DNA of 64,000 nucleotides from NCBI GenBank assembly GCA_951406725.2, contig OX597825.1, forward strand, positions 11,594,001 through 11,658,000, written 5' to 3'. Below the pieces are notes generated by a model. The model had not been told where the DNA came from. It did no database searches and saw nothing but the letters and a program-made list of their open reading frames with translations. How positions within the stretch are numbered: position 1 is the first letter of the stretch; the number at the start of each line of letters is the position of its first letter. Source of the stretch: Octopus vulgaris. Lineage: Eukaryota. Both the position numbers and the translations under genes were made by a program. This document shows, piece by piece, positions 55,358 through 64,000 of this stretch.

Positions 55358-55757
55358 GTTATGCCATGTAGACACTCCTTAGTTTGTCATAAATGATTTA
55401 TGACCCAAATTGTGATTATATTAAATCCCGCATATTATTGGGAAATTAAATGTTGGACTTAATTCACGGAAATGAATATTGAAAATAGTGACGTTTTAAT
55501 TCTCAGAATAAATATATAAATACTAATTGATACTGTAAGTTAGTGTTTAAAGACATGCGCATTGATACCTCACTATTCTTGAACAAGAAATACTCCACAC
55601 GCTGTCTTGTAAAAGTATTGTATTAAAGAGTGATGTTTTATAAATTGTTTCACTAATCAGATATCCCTGTCTGTATTTTTAATAACAGGATAATACAATA
55701 TGATAAGATCCATAACATTTCCGAAGACATAAAAAAAGTGGTATACGTTAAGAGAAA

Positions 55758-55990
55758 GGCGGTGAGCTGGCAGAATCGTTAGCACGCCGGGTGAAATGCT
55801 TTGCAGTATTTCGTCTGCCGCTACGTTCTGAGTTCAAATTCCACCTAGGTCGACTTTGCCTTTCATCCTTTTGGAGTCAATAAATTAAGTACCAGTTACG
55901 CACTGGGGTCGATATAATCGACTTAATCCGTTTGTCTGTCCTTGTTTATCTTCTCTGTGTTTAGCCCCTTGTGGGCAGTAAAGAAATAGG
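55758..55990 (+). mobile_element. SINE family A (left parent of the duplication)
   Basis: 15-bp TSD ggtatacgttaagag at 55740-55754 and 55989-56003. Confidence 0.92.
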
Positions 55991-56490
55991 TATACGTTAA
56001 GAGGAATGACGAATACAGGCAACCAAAGCTCTACCCCAGATTCATTTGGATGGGAGGGTACTGCCATCATCTACTGTACGTTTTGTTCTTTGATAAAGCC
56101 AAAAAATACGATTTTATTTCTTAAAACTACAAAGGCTTATCTTGAAGCAACGTCTTTCAGTTGAAAACGTAGCCTTAGGACACAAATCTGGATCAATAAA
56201 GTTCCCTACCACTGGAAGCTATATAATAGCAAATGCTTTGATTTCTAATGAAACCGCTTTTCCACAAAGGAAGTATACACTTTAACTTAAAACTGTATTG
56301 AATTTTGTATGAGTTTCATTATCTTGTATTTGTATTATGCAGCATTGCTTCAAATTATACATATGGAAATGCGCTCAAACTTTCACATTGCACATCTGCG
56401 CGGCATGCATATACATTCACAGATATATTTATTTACACACACACACACAAACACGTATACACACACATACGCATGATGAAATTATATATG

Positions 56491-56530
<40 letters not shown>

Positions 56531-56606
56531 TATATACATATACATATATATATATACGTGTGTATATACATACATATATATATATATATATACACAGATA
56601 AGCACG

Positions 56607-56663
<57 letters not shown>

Positions 56664-57009
56664 GTATATATCTATTAATGTGGCAGATTCATCTGTAGAG
56701 TGGTAGCAGCCTTGGAATGTTTAGTTATACACCATTAAACTTAGCCTTTAAATTCGTGGATAAAAAATAACAAACAGGATTATTTGGTTTGCGTTGGACT
56801 CTTGAAACTTTGATGAAATCTTAGGAGTGTCAACTTCACAAATAATATGCCCCGCTTACTCAAACGTCGTGGTATGCGTTCCCATACAGCTCAGACCTCA
56901 TCATCGAATTTCCACCAGAAAGGGACAATGTCAGAAAGAAAGAAAGAAGCATTACGTGATTAAATTTACGTTGAACTTGAGAGAATATGAACTTGCAAAA
57001 GACAGGAAT

Positions 57010-57067
<58 letters not shown>

Positions 57068-58029
57068 TATTGTATCTGATACTTAGACATCTCTGTCTAC
57101 ACACTACCTGAAGGTTTATACATAAACCGTCTGATTATACAATCGTACAAATTTCAAGTTTTTGTGCCTCTCTTAAAAATATTACCGTTCTGAAAGAAAT
57201 ATATATTTTAGCGTAATACATATTTGGAGCACAAATACGTAAATACCAAAACTTTCCTTCACCCTTGTGTCACGAATATGATATGGGTTCTGGCGGCGAG
57301 TTGGCAGAATCGTTAGCACGTCTGGCAAAATGCTTTGCGGCATTTCGCCCGTCGCTACGTTCTGAGTTCAAATTTCGCTGGGGTCAACTTTGCTTTTCAT
57401 CCTTTTGGGTTCGATAAATTAAGTACCAGTTACGCACTGGGGTCGATATAATCGACTTAATCCGTTTGTCTGTCCTTGTTTATCTTCTCTGTGTTTAGCC
57501 CCTTGTGGGCAGTAAAGAAATAGGTATACGTTAAGAGGAATGACGAATACAGGCAACCAAAGCTCTACCCCAGATTCATTTGGATGGGAGGGTACTGCCA
57601 TCATCTACTGTACGTTTTGTTCTTTGATAAAGCCAAAAAATACGATTTTATTTCTTAAAACTACAAAGGCTTATCTTGAAGCAACGTCTTTCAGTTGAAA
57701 ACGTAGCCTTAGGACACAAATCTGGATCAATAAAGTTCCCTACCACTGGAAGCTATATAATAGCAAATGCTTTGATTTCTAATGAAACCGCTTTTCCACA
57801 AAGGAAGTATACACTTTAACTTAAAACTGTATTGAATTTTGTCTGAGTTTCATTATCTTGTATTTGTATTATGCAGCATTGCTTCAAATTATACATATGG
57901 AAATGCGCTCAAACTTTCACATTGCACAGCTGCGCGGCATGCATATACATTCACAGATATATTTATTTACACACACACTCACAAACACGTATACACACAC
58001 ATACGCATGATGAAATTATATATGCATAC

Positions 58030-58082
<53 letters not shown>

Positions 58083-58158
58083 TATATACATATACATATA
58101 TATATACGTGTGTATATACATACATATATATATATATATATACACAGATAAGCACTCA

Positions 58159-58212
<54 letters not shown>

Positions 58213-58563
58213 TATGTATATATCTATTAATGTGGCAGATTCATCTGTAGAGTGGTAGCAGCCTTGGAATGTTTAGTTATACACCATTAAACTTAGCCTT
58301 TAAATTCGTGGATAAAAAAAACGACAAACAGGATTATTTGGTTTGCGTTGGACTCTTGAAACTTTGATGAAATCTTAGGAGTGTCAACTTCACAAATAAT
58401 ATACCCCGCTTACTCAAACGTCGTGGTATGCGTTCCCATACAGCTCAGACCTCATCATCGAATTTCCACCAGAAAGGGACAATGTCAGAAAGAAAGAAAG
58501 AAGCATTACGTGATTAAATTTACGTTGAACTTGAGAGAATATGAACTTGCAAAAGACAGGAAT

Positions 58564-58621
<58 letters not shown>

Positions 58622-58985
58622 TATTGTATCTGATACTTAGACATTTCTGTCTACACACTGCCTGAAGGTTTATACATAAACCGTCTGATTATACAATCGT
58701 ACAAATTTCAAGTTTTTGTGCCTCTCTTAAAAATATTACCGTTCTGAAAGAAATATATATTTTAGCGTAATACATATTTGGAGCACAAATACGTAAATAC
58801 CAAAAATTTCCTTCACCCTTGTGTCACGAATATGATATGGGTTATGGCGGCGAGTTGGCAGAATCGTTAGCACGTCTGGCAAAATGCTTTGCGGCATTTC
58901 GCCCGTCGCTACGTTCTGAGTTCAAATTTCGCTGGGGTCAACTTTACTTTTCATCCTTTTGGGTTCGATAAATTAAGTACCAGTT
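55880..58985. repeat. tandem segmental duplication, units 55880-57413 and 57414-58967
   Basis: Near-identical ~1.55-kb units that differ by about ten substitutions and by microsatellite lengths. Confidence 0.96.
57292..57524 (+). mobile_element. recombinant SINE family A at the duplication junction
   Basis: 5' half matches the 58846 copy and 3' half matches the 55758 copy. Confidence 0.92.
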
Positions 58986-59070
58986 GAGTACTGGGGTCGA
59001 TATAATCGACTTATCCTCTATCCCCAAATTTCAGGCCTTGTGCCTATAGTATGATTATTATAAAGAAATA
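58846..59070 (+). mobile_element. SINE family A with the alternative tail (right parent of the duplication)
   Basis: TSD aatatgat(a/t)tgggtta at 58829-58844 and 59072-59087. Confidence 0.9.
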
Positions 59071-59519
59071 CAATATGATTTGGGTTACTGATATGATTTG
59101 TGGTGGTGATGGTGGAAGAGTAACTTAACTCAAGTTCCACTATGACAAGATAAGACAAAAAAAATCACTCAATATTATGGATGCTAATATGTTTATAGTT
59201 GTTCTGTAGCTGAAATTTAATAGCTTTGAATGCGCAGATATAGACCTTCACTTATCAAAGCAACACTTTATGCTTTCGGAGAAAAAATAGCTACAACTTT
59301 TAGCGTATCAAGATAGCACAGAGACATTAGTTTACATAGTCTATTGAATGTTCTATATAAAGTGACACCATTCAAGAAATTACTGTAGAATGTATATGAA
59401 GTAGTATCTACGTTTGTCTTCTCTAAATTCTTTGTATTATGACATCGCCAATGCCTCTAGCACCTATTCTGCTTTTACATCTTCCTTCCACTTCTCTTCA
59501 TCTTCTTTCTTTCACTTCT

Positions 59520-59765
59520 CTTAACAGTTTCTTCTTCTTCTTCTTCTTCTTCTTCTTCTTCTTCTTCTTCTTCTTTCTTCTTCTTCTTCTTCTTCTTCTT
59601 CTCACTTCTTCCACCACCATCTTCACTATTCATCAGCATCTCCTTCATCTTCTCATCTTCTCAGCCACTCCTCTTCTCCTCCACTTCCTCCTCTTCCTCT
59701 CCGCTTCCTCCTACACTTCCTCCCCTTCAACCACCACCACCACCACCACCACCACCATCATCATC
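59520..59765. repeat. (TTC)n/(CAC)n low-complexity tract
   Basis: Read directly from the sequence. Confidence 0.9.
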
Positions 59766-60244
59766 TGTTTATTTCTTTTACTCTGCAGGATGCCAATAGA
59801 GAATCTTCCGAAATAAATCTCATTGAAACAAAACTTTTTCGCGTATATGCAAGTGCTATACATACACACACACATGCATGCATACATACATACACACACA
59901 CACATGCATGCATAAATACATATATACATACATACATACATGCATACATACATGTATATATGCATACATACATTCATACTCACACATACACACATACATA
60001 CATAAACACATTCATACGTACATTGAAGCATACATCCATGTATATATATCAAATATATATTATAATATATATGATATATTATATATACATATATATGTGT
60101 ATGTATGTATATATGTATGTGTACGTATGTATATGGGTGCGAGTATATGCATATAGCCATATATATATATATATCTAAACATGTATACACATATACGTCT
60201 ATTTCTATCTTTCTATCTATCTAGCTTTCTACCTCTGAAGAGAG

Positions 60245-60280
<36 letters not shown>

Positions 60281-61093
60281 AGAGATAAAGAAAGAGAGAT
60301 AAATACATACACACACATACAGACACAGAGATATAACCTATTTCCTTCAACAGAAGAAAAAAAAGTGAAAATAAAAATAAAACTGATTTGTTTTGTTATG
60401 AAGAAAAGTTTAAATTTGGCATCAATACAGACCGATGAATTTCTGTTGCTGGAAGAAACGTTAAGTGAAATAATGAAATCCTCTTCTAAGCATTAGGCCG
60501 GAAGGAAATAGCGGCTTTCTCCCTGCTGTTCTTGGCCTGTGAAACAAACGAATCATACAAGCATTGTTCATACTAGGCTGCGGTATACAACTGATATCTA
60601 TCTGTGTAGCGTGCCATATATTTGAAGCTAAAAGTTAAGGTGGTCAGAAAGAGGCAGTGGTAAATAATAAGAGTTCTAATGATAAATGACAATAGGTGTC
60701 TGATGGAAACAAAAAAAAAAAAAAAAAAAGAAACTATTGATATATTGTAGAAAATACACACTCGAAATAAACGTATCGCCTTCCGTGACCTCTCTACCTG
60801 CTAGCTTAACAAACGCCTCTCTGTCTATGAATTACATATACTTGAATTGTGTGTACATACGTACGTACTAATATGCATGCATACATGTATACACATACAC
60901 ATGTATGTATATATGCATACGCTCTGTTGCCATGCGTATGTGTGTGTGAGAGAGACGGGTAGAAGACAATATTCTATAACAAACGAGTGTTATATATTCT
61001 TTCAATTAACATGCACAAATGTAGGCATATGTATATTTATGCCTTCCTATCGACATATGCATATACCTATGCATGTATGTCTATCTATCGACA

Positions 61094-61137
<44 letters not shown>

Positions 61138-61363
61138 TTAGAGACAAAACCACTATTTTGCAAAACAAACAAGGGATCGACAATCTTCAGTATACATATG
61201 TCTATAATATGTGGGTGTATATATTAACGAGAATTTGTGTTCGTATTGTCTTATTTACATTAGAATACTTGCATGTGTGCATATTGTGTAACATTGCGAA
61301 GTGCACATATACCTCATAAATAATATATACATAAATCAGTCAGTTTCAAATTTGAAACTGACT

Positions 61364-61581
61364 TATTGGAAGTCCACCTGAAGATTGTCGATCAAGACAA
61401 GAAACAATTGTAGTGGCGGTTTTTTTGACTTTTTATTAAAATTTTATGTATTGATTAAGTCTTTCCTTGTTTGTTTTGCAAAATAGTGGTTTTGTCTCTA
61501 ATAATATTATATAATATTTTACTATAAAATTGGATTTAATCCTAAATCTGATTTTTTCCCTGTAAATTTGGATTTATTCCC

Positions 61582-61590
<9 letters not shown>
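61364..61590 (+). mobile_element. PLE-type terminal repeat fragment ending at (TA)n
   Basis: Contains a minimal hammerhead followed by attaaa and an AT-rich tail, the arrangement known for PLE pseudo-LTRs. Confidence 0.7.
61374..61416 (+). ncRNA. minimal type I hammerhead ribozyme
   Basis: CCAC-CUGAAGA-UUGUC-gaucaa-GACAA-GAAA-CAAUUG-UA-GUGG. Stem I 4 bp, intact core, stem II 5 bp, palindromic stem III, predicted cleavage after A61412 (GUA). Confidence 0.88.
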
Positions 61591-61633
<43 letters not shown>

Positions 61634-62230
61634 CATGTACTTATATACACATGTGTACATAAATACAAACATAAACACACACATACATACACACACACAC
61701 ATATATATATGAATATATAGATATATATAGATGATTTATGTATATATTATTTATGAGGTATATGTGCACTTCGCAATGTTACACAATATGCACACATGCA
61801 AGTATTCTAATGTAAATAAGACAATACGAACACAAATTCTCGTTAATATATACACCCACATATTATAGACATATGTATACTTTCACGTAGATATGAATGT
61901 CGGTAAATCTTAGGGTTATATAACTGTACTGTTGTTAAAGGTGTAGCTGGTTCCATTGTTTATCTCCGTTACTGTACAATATATACTGACATTATTTATA
62001 TAGATTATAGGTTAATGATATGTTTGTTTAATTCTATGATCTGTAATGTTTGAGAGATAAATTCTTTATATTTCACATCCATAAATAACATTTTCAATAA
62101 GGGGCTTAAAGCAAGCGTCTTAGCAGTAACTTTAAAAACACTCGAGAGATATTCCATTCCATGTGTAATAAGGAAAGTAATGGAGGATACTCGGTAACAT
62201 CATATGAGCGTTAAAATGTAAAGCTTATAA

Positions 62231-62697
62231 GGCGGCGAGCTGGCCGAAACGTTAGCGCGCCGGGCGAAATGCTTAGCGAAATTTCGCCTGTCTTTATGTT
62301 CTGTGTTCGAATTCCGGTATTTTCTCTGCCGTTACGTTCTGAGTTCAAGTTCCGCCGAGGTCGACTTTGCCTTTCATCCTTTCGGGGTCGATTAAATAAG
62401 TACCAGTTACGCACTGGTGTCGATATAATCGACTTAATCCGTTTGTCTGTCCTTGTTTGTCCCCTCTGTGTTTAGCCCCTTGTGGGTAGTAAAGAAATAG
62501 GTATTTCGTCCGCCGAGGTCGACTTTGCCTTACATCCTTTCGGGGTCGATTAAATAATTAGCAGTTACGCACTGGGGTCGATATAATTGACTTAATCCCT
62601 GTGTCTGTCCTTGTTTGTCCCCTCTGTGTTTAGCCCCTTGTGGGCAGTAAAGAAATAGGTATTTCGTCTGCCGTTACGTTCTGAGTTCGAATTCCGT
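62231..62697 (+). mobile_element. SINE family A multimer (head + 2 units + start of a third)
   Basis: Junction aaagaaataggtatttcgtc at ~62491-62510 and ~62649-62668. Confidence 0.9.
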
Positions 62698-63830
62698 CGT
62701 TTTGTTTCTAACATTATCGAATGTCTCCTTCGCTTATTTCTAAGGCAATCTGTGAAATTTCAAGGCCGATGTTTTGTACGCATTGTAGCTTTGAAAAGGC
62801 ACTCATTGTATAGAAGATTTTGCTGCTTTCCTATATATTTCTATGTGGCTCAATATATATTTGGGGAGCAGGTGTTATGAGCAGACGGATGAAATGTTAC
62901 TTGTGACAAACTGCACAACGCTCTCACGTTTCAAGTCGTCAGATTTTAAGAAAACAACAAATCATGTTCGGCCACACGTCTTTATTTCTTATAGCACTGA
63001 ATTATTCTGATATATGTATACAGGTAACTAGAATATCACACGTAAACACCTCAGGATAGGTTTCAAATTTGATATTCAAATGCAAAATGGTGAGTGCAGT
63101 ATTTGAAAGAAAGTTTCTTGCTTCAACCTGCACATGATAAATTACACGTTGTCATTTCCTAATCTTTCTTTTACTCCAAGATGCACATCGTTGAGATTTT
63201 GTAGCTAAGAAGCAATTCAATTTTCTTGAAAACGAAGCTACAGGGACTAAAACTAGCTCTGCCAATGCGAACTTGTCATATATATAAAGTAGCCTTGTCT
63301 CTTTAAATGAAATCACACATATTAAAACTAGGCAATTATTTGCTTTGGGGCTTGCATGCGATCCCCGATGTCGCAGCTTACAAATTTAAAAGCATATGAA
63401 CAGATAGTTGAAAAATAAGAGAAACCATTAGACTTTTAACAATACAGCTATGTTAAACATATTACAGAATCTAAAATCTGAGGGCGATAATGTTGTGGTG
63501 AAAATGTTATGCGTTGATTTGTTCTCGAAGATTAGTTGAACATGCAGAGACTAATAAATCTTTTTCACTATCTTCAAGTATCCCGAAGCACGAATATATA
63601 TTAATCAACTAATAACAATGGAAATCATGACAGTTCATTTATTCTCATATCAGTGCTACTACATACATTCATAGTTACATTGTATTCTAAGAGTCTGTGT
63701 ACTTATACATATACACATAGAAATACACACACACACATACACACGCGCGCACACACACTCACATACAAACACACTACTCACATACAAACACACTCACACA
63801 CACACGCAGACGTACACTCACATGTATATC

Positions 63831-64000
63831 CCTATTTCTTTATTACCCACAAGGGGCTAAACATAGAGGGGACAAACAAGGACAGACATAGGTATTATGT
63901 CGATTACATCGACCCCAGTGCGTAACTGGTACTTAATTTATCGACCCCGAAAGGATGAAAGGCAAAGTCGACCTCGGCAGAATTTCAACTCACAACGTAA
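63831..64000 (-). mobile_element. SINE family A, cut by the window edge
   Basis: cctatttctttattacccacaagggg..gtcgacctcggcagaattt. Confidence 0.9.

Larger units (their letters stand above)
61126..61881. repeat. interlocked perfect inverted repeats
   Basis: 61126-61174 pairs with 61465-61513 (49 bp), 61175-61190 with 61378-61393 (16 bp), and 61189-61338 with 61732-61881 (150 bp). Palindrome at 61338-61363. Confidence 0.95.

Overview
Repeat-dense, AT-rich animal genomic DNA. The SINE, Penelope and microsatellite content points to an octopus (coleoid cephalopod) genome; that assignment is an inference. I found no intact host protein-coding gene, rRNA or true tRNA gene, and most ORFs in the track are translations of microsatellites or SINEs. 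The window contains: (1) about 25 tRNA-derived SINE copies from at least 4 modular families, several with clean target-site duplications (TSDs); (2) two non-autonomous Helitrons; (3) a GG-ended MITE with an 8-bp TSD and internal TTAGGG repeats, nested in an older fold-back element; (4) a probable solo LTR; (5) decayed RTE, CR1-group, Penelope-like (PLE) and mariner fragments; (6) many (TA)n/(CA)n/(TATC)n/(ATGT)n tracts. The most interesting signals are: a textbook minimal type I hammerhead ribozyme at 61374-61416 inside a PLE-type terminus with interlocked perfect inversions; a four-copy family of variant-core hammerhead-like motifs (CUGU[U/A]GA); several young perfect fold-back palindromes next to (TA)n; a SINE trimer inside one TSD; and a 1.55-kb tandem duplication caused by recombination between two SINEs, with a resolvable crossover.
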